NCBI RefSeq assembly: GCF_001194135.2
Contig: NC_068993.1
Span: 30,093,465-30,146,617 of the forward strand
Direction: 5' to 3'
DNA: 53,153 nucleotides
Source: Octopus bimaculoides
Lineage: Eukaryota
In this document: in pieces, positions 36,901 through 49,800 of the stretch
How the letters are laid out: the number at the start of each line of letters is the position of its first letter
How positions within the stretch are numbered: the first letter of the stretch is position 1
Position numbers and translations under genes: made by a program
The notes under the pieces: model-generated
Databases searched by the model: none
Seen by the model: the letters and a program-made list of their open reading frames with translations, nothing else
What the model was told of the DNA's origin: nothing

Positions 36901-37300
36901 GGCTGTGTGGTAAGTAGCTTGCTTACAAACCACATGGTTCTGGGTTCAGTCCCACTGTGTGGCACCTTGGGCAAGTGTCTTCTACTATAGCCTCGGGCCG
37001 ACCAAAGCCTTGTGAGTGGATTTGGGAGATGGAAACTGAAAAGAAGCCTGTCGTATATATATATATATATATATGTATGTATATGTATGTGTTTGTGTGT
37101 CTGTGTTTGTCCCCCAACATCACTTGACAACTGATGCTGGTGTGTTTACGTACCCGTAACTTAGCGGTTCGGCAAAAGAGACCGATAGAATATGTACTAG
37201 GCTTCCAAAGAATAAGTCCTGGGGTCGATTTGCTCGACTAAAGGCGGTGCTCCAGCATGGCCACAGTCAAATGACTGAGACAAGTAAAAGAGTAAAAGAG
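36901..37300 (+). mobile_element. Complete SINE with internal microsatellite, same family as 51152-51570
   Basis: Head/body 36901-37053, (TA)/(TG) tract, 3' half ending CCAGCATGGCCACAGTCAAATGACTGAGACAAGTAAAAGAG. Confidence 0.9.
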
Positions 37301-37507
37301 TATTTGTGCGTCTGTGTTTGTCTCCCCACCATCGCTTGACAACCGATGGTGGTGTGTTTACGTCCCCGTAACTTAGCAGTTTGGTAAAAGATAACGATAA
37401 AATAAGCTTACAAAGAATAAGTCCTGGGGTCAATTTGTTCGACTAAAAGAAAGCAGTGCTCCAGCATGGCCGTAGTCAAATGACTGAAACACGTAAAAGA
37501 AGAAAAG
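37301..37507 (+). mobile_element. Additional SINE 3' half in tandem
   Basis: Repeats the 37091-37300 unit. Further 3'-half copies at 37690-37850 (minus), 39335-39560, 43990-44050 and 44220-44315. Confidence 0.85.
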
Positions 37508-37605
37508 AATACTAATATATACTTTTATATACTAATATATACTAATATATACTTTTGTTATTTACACCACCTGTCCTCGTCTGTTGTTATTTTTTGTATA
37601 TTCTC

Positions 37606-37649
<44 letters not shown>

Positions 37650-37909
37650 GTGGATGTTACTGTTGCTTTTAGCCCCAGGAGGACATCTCCTCCAGCTGGC
37701 TTTTGTTTCACTCATTGGGATGCGGCCATGCTGGGGCACAACCTTGAACGATTTTAGTGAAACAAATCGATCTCAGTACCTTAGTACTTATTTATTTTTA
37801 AGACTGGTACCTATTCTATCAGTCTCTTTTGTCAAACAATGATGGGAGATAAACACATATACAAAGACACATACGTACGAATACACATAGATATACACAG
37901 TGATATACA

Positions 37910-38205
37910 TGGTGATAGTCTCTGGTAGTGCGAGAAAGATGGTTCAGCAATTTCGTACTAAACGACGACCTGCACAAATGATTTGTTTATAGTGATCAAA
38001 TGTTTGTGCTGTGCATTAGCTCAGTCCCTCCATCAAATCGACGCTAACTGAACAAGGCGCACGCTGTTCCACACCTCATGTTTTGAAGTAATCGTAGAGC
38101 AACGTGAGATGAAGTGTTTTGCTCAAGAACACAACACACAACCCGATAAGGAATTGATATCACCATCTCGCGATCGTGAATGCAACATCCTAATCATTAG
38201 GCCAT
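37910..38205 (-). mobile_element. tRNA-headed SINE, head related to the 3176/42791 family, different body
   Basis: Reverse complement TGGCCTAATGATTAGGATGTTGCATTCACGATCGCGAGATGG...GTGTTGTGTTCTTGAGCAAAACACTTCATCTCACGTTGCTCT. Confidence 0.65.
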
Positions 38206-39260
38206 TCGAACTAACTACACACATTACTCTTCATTCAAATGTATTGGGTTCTTCTATGTGGGAATGTCTCCTTAATCTCTTCATTAACGCAGTGATATCA
38301 TCTTCCCCGCTTTCTCTCTCCCTCCCTCTCTCTCTCTATATATATGTGTGCATATATACACATATATATGTGTATATACAGGTATATATATATATGCATA
38401 TATGTGTATATATATATATATAAACATATAGTTTATATTCATATAAAAGAATAAACAGAGAATGGAGATTGGGAAGTTTATTAATCATCTTTGCAGTTAA
38501 TAATGAACAATTATTAAACTTCCCAATCTCCACTTTCTATTTCTTCTTATATATATANNNNNNNNNNNNNNNNNNNNNNNNNNNNNNNNNNNNNNNNNNN
38601 NNNNNNNNNNNNNNNNNNNNNNNNNNNNNNNNNNNNNNNNNNNNNNNNNNNNNNNNNNNNNNNNNNNNNNNNNNNNNNNNNNNNNNNNNNNNNNNNNNNN
38701 NNNNNNNNNNNNNNNNNNNNNNNNNNNNNNNNNNNNNNNNNNNNNNNNNNNNNNNNNNNNNNNNNNNNNNNNNNNNNNNNNNNNNNNNNNNNNNNNNNNN
38801 NNNNNNNNNNNNNNNNNNNNNNNNNNNNNNNNNNNNNNNNNNNNNNNNNNNNNNNNNNNNNNNNNNNNNNNNNNNNNNNNNNNNNNNNNNNNNNNNNNNN
38901 NNNNNNNNNNNNNNNNNNNNNNNNNNNNNNNNNNNNNNNNNNNNNNNNNNNNNNNNNNNNNNNNNNNNNNNNNNNNNNNNNNNNNNNNNNNNNNNNNNNN
39001 NNNNNNNNNNNNNNNNNNNNNNNNNNNNNNNNNNNNNNNNNNNNNNNNNNNNNNNNNNNNNNNNNNNNNNNNNNNNNNNNNNNNNNNNNNNNNNNNNNNN
39101 NNNNNNNNNNNNNNNNNNNNNNNNNNNNNNNNNNNNNNNNNNNNNNNNNNNNNNNNNNNNNNNNNNNNNNNNNNNNNNNNNNNNNNNNNNNNNNNNNNNN
39201 NNNNNNNNNNNNNNNNNNNNNNNNNNNNNNNNNNNNNNNNNNNNNNNNNNNNNNNNNNNN

Positions 39261-39300
<40 letters not shown>

Positions 39301-39919
39301 CGTGACACACACACACACACACACATGTATGTCTGTATGACTTTCTCTTTGTCCCCATAACCGCTTAACAACCGGTGTTGGTTTGTTTACGTCCCCGTAA
39401 TTTACCGGTTCAGCAAAATCAACCGATAGAATATGTATCACGTTGACAAAAAAAAACAAAAAAAAAAACGCACTGAGGTCGATTCATTTAACTAAACATT
39501 CAAGGCAGTACTCCAGCATGGCTGCAGTCCAATCACTGAAACAGTAAAAGATAAAAAGATATATCATAGAAGTCATGGCAAGTGAAAGGAGTGAACCGTC
39601 TTAAGTAAGCGGTGTCTCGAACTGAAGTGAAACTATATTGCTGTCGTCAGGAAGGTAGCGTCGTAATAGATTTTCTTTTACTATAGCAGAATGTAGTTTC
39701 ATGTGAAGATAGCAGTATTTAGAAATATTGGTGTTTAACCCTAGGTAGCCGATCTATGATCAAAGATGTTACAGCATAATTTTTTCTCTCCAGATATAGT
39801 ACCCCCAAACATAGCTATATCTAATATGACCTTTATGTTTTGTTATTTTTTAGGTAGATTTTGAGGATTGCTATTAGTAGTAGGTTAAGCGACCACATAG
39901 TAGCCCTCTTGGCGTTTTA

Positions 39920-40310
39920 GAAGTGTGAGAAAGTTTGGGATTGTGTGATATAGCAGGGGCTGTGTAGTTTAGAGTGGTACGGCAGTGGCATAGCAGTATA
40001 AACATAGGGAGGTGCCGTGTGTTGTTCTGTTGTGTAGTGGTATATAGCGGAGTGTATTGCAGTGTAGCGCAATGGATTGCAATGTAGAATAATATAGGGA
40101 AATGAATTCAAGTATAATTTAGTGTAGTTTATTTCTATGTACAATAGTGGAGTAAATTGCAGTGTATAGTGTATTATTATGTAATGAAGAGCAGTGAATT
40201 GCAGTGTATAATGTATTAACATGTAATGCAGTGCAGTATATATTGTAGTGTATTAGAATGCATCATAGTAGTGCAGTGTATTATAATGTAGCGCTGTGAT
40301 TCCAGTATAT
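39920..40310. repeat. Degenerate pentanucleotide (AGTGT/AATGT) array
   Basis: 5-nt periodicity, with a higher-order unit AGT.AATTGCAGTGTATA.TGTATTA..ATGTAATG repeated at about 40152 and 40193. Confidence 0.75.
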
Positions 40311-40842
40311 TCACACACGGAGATGTTCATATCACAAATTATTCCAGTATTCCAAATATTTTGCACAATAACTGTTTGAAAACAATATTCCATTGGAAGA
40401 AGTGGAGATCATCCACCTCGTACTGTGTGGATGTAAAGCATTTTCGAAGATTGTTACAGCTCTTACTACAACTTCTACTGCTGCTTCGTCTACTACTACA
40501 ACTACTACTGCCACTTCTGCTACTACGGCTGATGCCGGTTGTAGCCGTGTTGTGGTATTGGCGGTAGTGCTGTCATTGCCTCGACTGCTGTTGCCTGTTC
40601 CTGTTGCGAATTGCTACTACTGCGGATCGGAGCTTGTCGCACACATCATTCTGCTGCTGCTACTGTTGCAATTACTGCTGCAGTTGTTGCTGCTGCTGCT
40701 ATAATTGGTGTTGCTGTTACTGCTGCTGCGATATTATGTCACATTCAAAAAGTTTCGCCGAAAATCTCAGACGTTGCTGAACCAGATGAGTTTTTCGGAA
40801 AGTTATCAGTAATTAAAATACAGACACATACACACACAGACT

Positions 40843-40893
<51 letters not shown>

Positions 40894-41073
40894 GCACATA
40901 CAACTAAAAGAGAACACAAACGCACTACTCCAGTATATGTAAATATACACAACCACATTTAAACTATCTTTACAAACAATTATAGATTTACATAAGAGCA
41001 TTTGCCGTATACTGAAAGAAAGCACATCCTTATACACATATATAAATCGTTTGTATGTGTGTTTGAGTGTGTG

Positions 41074-41118
<45 letters not shown>

Positions 41119-42055
41119 ATGAATGTGTGTGTGTATGTGCGTATGTATGGCTATATATGACAGATCGATAGACACGTTTGTATATACAGGGCAGAACTAA
41201 GGCATCTAGCAACTCGTTTCTCGAATGCAGATATAAAAATATGTAAACATATATATCTCTTGTATATTTGTGTTTATTTATGTGTATTTCACACGTTTTA
41301 CATCTAAATATAGGCAAAGACTTATCTCACGCAAAATAAATCTCTCGTGCGCACACACATATATAAATACTCACACATACAAACACACACGCACACACAC
41401 ACACAGAAGCTCTTCACTTGGTGAGAGCACGGCCTGAATTTAGGAAGAAAACTTCAAACCGAAGAAACACAAACACACGCAAACACCGCGCGCGTGCACC
41501 CACACACAGACAGACTGACACACACACACACATAGATAAACAGATAACATACAATACATATTTACACACACATATGGCATACCGGAGAACAGTTATTGCA
41601 AGTACCCTCGCCTCAACCGGTACATTTATTCCATAGCCACTACCATCAATGCACAGCAGCTGCTCCAGCACCAACACCCTATCACAATCACTGACAACTG
41701 GAGCACTAACAACAATAATAACAGCAGCAGAAGCAGCAACCACAATAGCACTAATACAACCATCCCCCGTAACATCTCCATCACCATCACCATCACCGCT
41801 CCTGCTATTGTCAACACTACCTCACCTACACCACCGTCATTCCATCGTCCCCCACCAGATGAAAACAACTCAAAAGTAACAGAGATAACAGCGTATTAAC
41901 AATATTATATTTTCCTAACACACGCACACATAAACACATACATACGTATGTACATAATACATGCATACACACAAACATATACACCCTATTAGTATATACT
42001 TAAAATAAATAAACTGTGGATGTTTTGAAAACAAAAACAAAAAAATAAGAGGAAA

Positions 42056-42243
42056 ATGAAAGGTGAAAGAGAGAAGAAAGAAAGGCTGGATTTCCGAAAA
42101 CATGGATTAACGTTTAAATTCACCATTGTTTGGGCTGTGTTGGTCTGGTTACCGTTGGTGGCCCGGAGCGCAAGAATCACCGCTAACTCCACTGGAACAC
42201 ACAACGACAGCTCAGCGTTAAAAACGAAACGCAGTGTCTCCAA
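42056..42243 (+). CDS. Probable first coding exon of a secreted or membrane precursor protein; rest of gene not identified
   Basis: ATG at 42056 (GAAAATGA). 62 codons plus 2 nt: MKGEREKKERLDFRKHGLTFK-FTIVWAVLVWLPLV-ARS-ARITANSTGTHNDSSALKTKR-SVS. Consensus donor AA|GTAAGT at 42244; only this frame stays open to the donor; no TE similarity seen. Confidence 0.55.
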
Positions 42244-42790
42244 GTAAGTTGAGATTTTGGTATTTAGCATTTAATTTTGCAATTTGCATGTGTGTGTATG
42301 TCTGCATGTATATATCTTTTGAGATTATACATATAAAGAGATATTAAAGTTAGATCAGGCCGCTTTATGGGATTACCTTAGGTTTCACGTCCATAAAAGG
42401 CCTGGCTTTATGGTGTATCTTCAGAATATATATACGTATGTGTATGACAAATTACACCATGTGTTATTGTTTATTACCCAAGTCAATCCTGATCTCAACG
42501 TAGAAACAATGCTGTTCCAGTATGACCAATGTGACTTTTTCCAGGTATTGCGTATCATGGACTTCAATATATTAGGGTGTTATTTGGCTGCTATTTTCAG
42601 CGGGTAGAGGAGCCACATGAAGTCTCCTTTTCTATTACTCTGTGTTCATGTGTCTGTGTGTGGTTACATGCTTTGCAGCGACGATGTGAATGCTTGCGAG
42701 AAGGTGGTTTTGTGCAACTGTTTTTCTAAAGTGTGCGAGTAAGATTATATATATGGCTACGTATGCCCATTTGTGTGCATATGCACCCAA

Positions 42791-43085
42791 GTGGCTTAGT
42801 GGTTAGGGTATTCTACTCACGATCGTGAAGTCGTGAGTTCGATTTCCAGAGGCGCGTTGTGTCCTGGAGGAAGACATTTTATTTCACGTTGCTCCAGTTC
42901 ACTCATGTAATTCAGAGGGCCAACCTTGTCACATTTTGTGTCAAACTAAATCTACCTGAGAATTACGTTAAGAGTACCCGTGTCTGTGTAGTGCTCAGCC
43001 ACTTGCACACCACTTTTTGTGAACGGGCCGTTTCGTTGATTGGATCAACTGGAACCCTCGTCATCGTAACCGACGGAGTGCTGCT
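42791..43085 (+). mobile_element. tRNA-headed SINE
   Basis: A-box GTGGCTTAGTGG, B-box GAGTTCGATT; homologous to 3176-3494. Confidence 0.8.
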
Positions 43086-43828
43086 TTAGTTTAGTAGTAG
43101 TATCCAAGCAGTTTCTGGATGTGTGTATTTGTAAAAAGGCTTGTGTGCGTGCGTGTTGTTTAGTCTCACCCAGGTCAGCCCGGATCAAGTCGTGTGATCA
43201 ATGACCAAAGAAATTATAGCCTGATCCTCCTGTCTTTTTTCTACGGGTACAGAACTCAAAACCGCATGTTCTTTTCTAAGACGGTGTGAAGATTTGCTTA
43301 TTTCTAGATGGTCGAGCGACAACACAGGCCCACTTTGGAGGCTTCAGTGCATGTGTACAAGAGAATATGATTATTTTTGGACGTACGTGTGTTTATGCGT
43401 GTGTCCAGTGTAACATTAGCATCTGGTTATTAGGGTTTTACAGGGGCACATTGCTCTGGGAAGCATTCTGAACTGAAATCTGGTCAGAATTATTGTCGAC
43501 CACCAGTCTCAGACACAGCGATAAAGGTTATGGGTACTGACCTCCTGTCTCACTCAGGGAAAAATAAAATGCGTATCTGACAGTATGTAGGCGTGTGTGT
43601 GTTAATGTTTGTGTTTCAGTGTAAATTTCGTGTATGTGCATTTGTTGCCGACTTCCGCACAATCTTATATCTTTCTCCCTCTCTTTTTCCCCTCTCCTTC
43701 TCTCTCTATATATCTGTATGTGTGTGTTTGTGTGAGTGTGTGTGTGTTTGTGTGTGTTTGTGTGTGTGTGTGTGTGTGTTTGTGTGTGTGTGCGTGTGTG
43801 TGCGTGTGTGTTTGTGTGTGTGTGTTTG

Positions 43829-43883
<55 letters not shown>

Positions 43884-44329
43884 CTAATGTATGCGTATAA
43901 GTGTCACTAGATTAATAATTATTCGACAAAGATCACTATAAGATAACACACTTAGAAAATAGTTTTCGAGTCAGGATGATGACTAAAATCCTTCAGTTCG
44001 GTGCCCCAGCTTGGTCGTGATCCAATCATTGAAATAAGTAAAAGAAGAAAAGAAAATTTAATTTTTGTTTACTGTTGTTTGTTTCTCCCTGAACCGAAAA
44101 CCAAAGCGAACATGATGAATGTCTGGTGTCCGTGTGTAGGGCAGATGTGATTCTGGAATATACAAGCTCTTAATGTAGTAATATAAAAGAAATGAAATAT
44201 ATACATAGAATAAGCACGAAGCTTACAAAAAATAAGAATTGAGCTCGATTTGTTTGATTAAATCTTTTACGGCGGTGACCAGAATGGCCACAGTCCAGTG
44301 ATTGAAACAAGTAAATATCTATCTCTCTC

Positions 44330-44414
<85 letters not shown>

Positions 44415-44574
44415 ATGTCCGTCTGCCTGTCTGCCTGTCTGATTGTCTGTCTACATGATAGGTGAGGTAAGAAGTTTGCTTTCCCTAAACATGGTTCCCG
44501 GTTCCGTCCCAATGTTGGCTCGACGGAAACGGTTGACAGAAATTGAAAAGAAACCCGTTGTTTATATACAAATA

Positions 44575-45260
44575 CAGGGTGCGTAAGATATTTGAGGACA
44601 GATTTATATTTATAAAAAAATAGATATATAATAACAGATAATAACTTTATTTATCAAAACTGCTATGAGGATAAAAAAATTAACCTTTTATATAATGTTA
44701 TTCAACAAAACCACCTTCAGCTTCAACAACAGCTTCTATATGAGATCTAAATCATCTACATGCTCGAATCAAGTGGTTCTGGTTCATTTTGGACATTACT
44801 CTGACTATGGCAGCTTTCAAAGAATCTTTGGTGTTCATTGACCTGTCTCTCTCAACAACGCTCCACATGTAATAGTCCAATGGATTGAGATCTGGGGAAT
44901 TAGGAGGCCAAATGTTAGGGGCTATGTGTGATCATGAAAATTTTCAGCCACCCATTCCTAGAACCATGCGTGATAGTGCAGAGTCTTACTGAAACACATA
45001 TGGCCTTCCATTGCATACACAGTCTATCCAGGGCTTAACAATTATTTCTAGTACCTCAATGTAGGCGGTAGAGATAACTCTAAGGCTTTGTGGAAAGAAG
45101 TAAGGAGGCATCACATGTCCTTCATTGCTGACAACCCCTTAAACCATGACAGTTGCAGGAAATTTTGTATGCATAACACTTGGAACTTCAGAAGGGTCTG
45201 CTCATTACCATCTATAATTTCTTCTGTTAACGTTTTGATCCTGGTCGAAATTTTTTGAGA
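44575..45260 (-). mobile_element. Tc1/mariner remnant related to 24671-25513, one TIR retained
   Basis: TA|CAGGGTGCGTAAG; minus strand reads PNIWPPNSPDLNPLDYYMWSVVER. Confidence 0.85.
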
Positions 45261-45261
45261 A

Positions 45262-46730
45262 AAACCAAATCAGGTCTTCAGCTAGATTTTTTCACAAAGG
45301 CCGCTAAAGTGGTGGATGTCTTGCATTTAGGTTTTATGAAAGAATTCATGTGGGCCCTATATCTCCTATTGAAGTCGGTTGTGCTACCAATATATACCTG
45401 CTGGCTATTAGATACGGAAACCACGCATTTATAGACAACGTTATAGCGCCGACATGAGCCTGTAAGTGGACAGGAGCCAGGGACTCTACAATTACATAGT
45501 TTATGGGATGTCACGCTAGTCTGGGTCTTCTAATTTTTATTCTTGTTCTTATCCATATGATTATTATTGCTATTATTCATATTGATGCTCTTATTTTTGT
45601 TGTCACTAATAATATGATTAAACTCAGGTTTAGTAGCTGATTCCAAAATTATATTTTTACTGTTATTATCCTCAGCCATACACTTAATTCTGTTTCCATC
45701 CAATCGTGTGCGCAAGGTATTGTTATTAGCTAGAGTATTATGTTTATCAGTAACATGCTTAATTTTTCTCATATTCATTGAGGCTATTATGGCTCCTAAA
45801 TTCGGCATTACAGAATATGAAAATTTTACAGATGATTGGTATAATAGGGGAATTTATAGTGTTTAGGGGAATTTGACTAAAGAAAAGTTTAGGTAAATAT
45901 CTAACCTTGAGTGAGAAAGGAGGGGCGAACCACACAACCTTACGTATTCTAGGTTTAGAATTACTGGATATATTAGGATTTTCAGGAGTAGACAGTTTAT
46001 AGTTATATTTATTACAATTATTATAATGCTTATGGTTTCTTGAGCTAAACCCTTTAAACTGCAGTTGATTAGTACTAAGTATATTTAATGGTCTAATTTC
46101 CCCAAATCTACAGAATTATTAGAAGTGGTATTCGCCATTTTCATTTTTAATTTTGTATTTGGTATATAATAAATGCTTTTATCAAACCCGCTTAATTTCA
46201 GGGCGTTGTTACAAAATAGCGCGTATTGTTTAAAAATATCTTCGTTAGCTGATAAGTTAATTATAACGACCAAAACTGGGTAAGGTCTGAATCCACTGAC
46301 CTATTTGATATAACAATAGGCTCGTCGGATTCAGCACAGATTACTGATTTAGTGGGTCTGTATCTCCTTGATAAGACAAAACGTAGCTTCCTTGTCTTTC
46401 TGGTGGTATCTATAGGGATGATGCCCTATTTATCGCACGCAATCCATCCAATCCCGCCATAGTAAGATTAAAAAAGGATTTTAAGAAATTTATAAAATTT
46501 TTTTATAACCTTGACATCATTTTTGATTGGTAGCTAATTTTCTTGACGTTACATTAGACTTAAATACTGGGCTCTATTATCCATATAGGAAACCGAGGCA
46601 AACCCTTCAATATATCAATATATCAATGTATCCTCAAACCATCCCTATTCTACTATTAATAGCATCGTGGTAGCTATTTCTATTAGGTTGTCAAAGTTAT
46701 CAGCTAACAAAGATATCTTTAAACAACACT
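45262..46730 (-). mobile_element. PLE (Hydra-like type) with inverted 5' segment: thumb+EN on minus (45262-46272), RT core on plus (46275-46730)
   Basis: Minus: LSANEDIFKQY...CNCRVPGSCPLTGSC..NVVYKC...VYIGSTTDFNRRYRAHMNSF. Plus: FDITIGSSDSAQITDLVGLYLL...GGIYRDDAL...NFLDVTLDLNTGLYYPYRKP...SNHP...RLSKLSANKDIFKQH. Confidence 0.9.
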
Positions 46731-46899
46731 TGCCCAAGGTGCCACGTAGTGGGACTGAACCGGGAAACATGTGGTTGATAAGCACACTGCCACTCCTGCA
46801 CCTATATATATATGTATAACATGACATATGCATCATATATATATTTACAATTTATATATATATATATATATAAAATATAAATAACGTATATAAATCTTT

Positions 46900-49800
46900 A
46901 AATTGTTTCAGCTCCAAAGCTGCGGTAAATGGTACAAAATGAAAGGCCCCCAACAACAAGTACAGGAGTTACAAGGGCAAAAGCAGGAACGTTTGCAAAT
47001 TTTACCTGCAAGGATACTGCTGGCACGGTGATGACGGTGCACATCGGAAGCTCTGCCAAAACCACATGGGCCCAACACAACACTCCCTTCCCCGAGGAGG
47101 ACAAAAAGAAAGGCACAAAAGAAGAAAAGGTGACGCACACTGTCTACTACCGGAAGACGATATGCGGATGTAGTGCGTGGCCCAACAAACGGCCAGCTTC
47201 AGCCAGATATGAAAAGGGCAGCAGCTGAACAACAATCTTTTTTTGTGCATGGCACAAAAGATTGTCCAGCAGCTGACCTGGCTTCAAACACAAACCTAGA
47301 ACCATACACACCTCCACACAAGGCCACCACCAACAGTAGATACAGGATGGCCACTACTAACAGCAACACACGTATCACAAAAATATTTCTTTTGAATATA
47401 GGAGGGTTGCTGCATGGTAACTGTAAAATAAAAATTTCATTCCTGAGAGACCTTGCGGCATGCAGTCAAGCTTTATGCATGACAATTGTAGAAGCGCATC
47501 TTAGACCGGATATAGGGGAGATGCAGAAATATACATAACACAATATGTTGTCATACGCTCCGATAGAAAGAAGAGGAGCCATGGTGGAGCTACTGTGTAC
47601 ATCCGAGAGGGCCTCACGCCCCAGGTCCTGCTGTTATATTCAAATTCGGTGAGTGACACTCAAATTGTACACATAAGACAACTTAATATTGCTATATGTA
47701 CTACTTATCGCCCATCGGATGCTCCGAGTCATACAGACAAGCTTGAAGGGTGCCAAGCAAAGGTAGAAGTTGTCACTAAATTGGAACAACACATCAGTGT
47801 ATTCCTTTTGGGTGACTTTAACTTCCCCAATGTGGGATAGCCTGGAGGCCAGATGCTCCCAGGGATGACACACCATCAGGAAGCACAGACGGAGTCCCTG
47901 ATCCAACTTACCAATGCTTCTTTCATGGAACAAATTGTGATACAACCAACCGCGGTAAATAATTTACTAAATCTCTGCTTCACAAACTATACGGACGTTA
48001 TCCATAATGTTAAAGTGACACCGATGCTGATCTCCGATCACAACATAATAGAGCTGTCTATGTATGGACCAAAATCTCATGCAGACATACAGCCTATGCG
48101 AAGCACCCAAAAACTCACTAAACTAAATTTTCATAAAGCAAATTGGAAGTTGATTGAGAAAGAAAGCCTAAATCGCTCTCCACACCAGACATTGACATGA
48201 AACATAAACATTTCATGTCCATAATACAAGCCATATATGACAAATCTGTCCCATTGTGCAAGGCCAGCATGCACAAAAATAGGATCCCTAGGGAAAGGAA
48301 GATTCTTATGAGACGACGGACAAAGATTGCGAACCGCCTGAACAAGCACCCCAAAAGTGGTGAGAAGTCTCGCCTGGAGAGATCGCTTTCAGAAATTGAG
48401 AAAAGTCTACCTCAGTCTCATGAAAAAGAGAGAACAGGTAAAGAAGCTTGGGTTATAGAAAATATCAAGTCGAACCCTAAAGCTTTCTTTAAGTTTGCCA
48501 AAGAATCAGCCTCAGTATGCTACAAGATAGGACCCCTCCTCCAGAAAGATGACTCCCTCACAGGAAACTCCATGAAGATAAGTGAAATACTGAACGAACA
48601 ATTCCAAAGTGTGTTCACTACACCTCTGAGACACAAGCAAGTGAACAAATCAACATAATTCTTTGCCACTTTACCTGTAACCAAAAAGGCAAAAATGGAA
48701 TACATAAACATTGAAGGAGATGTAACACTGGCCATAGATGAGGTTGACACAAACTCACTTGCTGGCCCTGATAGATTTCCAGCGGTCCTTCTCAAATCGT
48801 GCAAACAAGCCATTACAAAACCACTGCAGCTTCTCTTTCAGAGCTTCCTTGCAAGTGGTAAGCTCTCAGATAAACTGAAGGAAGGGATAATATGCCCTAT
48901 GGAAGAAGCAGAACAGATGCTAAAAGTTATAGGCCTATCACTTTAACCCCACACGTCAGCAAAGTCATGGAGCGAATAGTACGCAAGAAACTAATCACGT
49001 TCCTTGAAGAAAATGATTTGCTGACTGACATCCTGCATAGATTTCGACCAGCTAGAAACTGTCTAACACAGTTCTTACAACACTATGACTGGATGTTAAA
49101 ACAGCTGGTAAATGATTCAAGCGTGGATGTGATATATCTCGGCTTTGCAAAAGCCTTTAACAAAGTCGACCGTGGTATGATATATCAGAAACTGCATGTT
49201 CTCGGCATAGGCAGAAAACTTGGAGAGAGGTTGCACGACTTTCTAAAAAATACACGTTAGGCAGTGGTGGCCAACGGAGCAACCTCAAAGGAAACACAAA
49301 TAGCAAGTGGTGTTCCACAGGGTACTGTCTTAGGGCCACTGCTATTCATAGTGGCCCTCTCAGATATGCCCTCACCTGCTCAGATATCCATCCTTGCTAG
49401 CTATGCACAAAAGTCTCTCAGACAATACAAATCCTGGAAATATTGCACATCTGCAACGGGAGTTGGACGAAATATACAGGTGGGCTGAGGAGAACAACAT
49501 GCAATTTAATGCAGGGCAATTCCACGCTCTACGCTACCATTACACGAAGTTAAACGACATGTAGACAGGATACATTGGCCCAGGAGGAATTGCAATCCCT
49601 GAATAAAATTCAGTACGTGACCTGGGCATTGACATGAGCAATGATGCATCTTTTCAAGTGCATATTATCAATTTGGTAATAAAATGCAGATGGCTAGTTG
49701 GATAGATCCTCCGAACTTTCAAAACAAGAGAAAAGGAGACATTGATGGTCCTTTGGAGGACGTACGTCCTCAGCCGCTTGGACTACTGCTCGCAGCTAGG

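Noticed and set aside
36721-37055. tRNA genes or CRISPR-like repeat-spacer pattern at the tandem GGCTGTGTGG units
   Set aside because: These are SINE heads with A/B boxes but no cloverleaf or acceptor stem. The repeats are about 150 bp and the sequence is eukaryotic.
40332-40907. Poly-L/T/V ORFs in the trinucleotide-rich block
   Set aside because: Low-complexity artefacts in several frames and on both strands, with no splice or domain support.
42545-42610. TTTTCCAG|G as acceptor of exon 2 for the 42056 exon
   Set aside because: Phase-2 joining gives K-YCVSWTSIY-stop. The nearby candidates at about 42482 and 43442 also fail in phase 2.
44108-44150. ATGATGA-ATGTCTG...CAGATGT-GATT hammerhead-like stretch
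   Set aside because: Both core segments are mutated and stems I and III cannot be formed.
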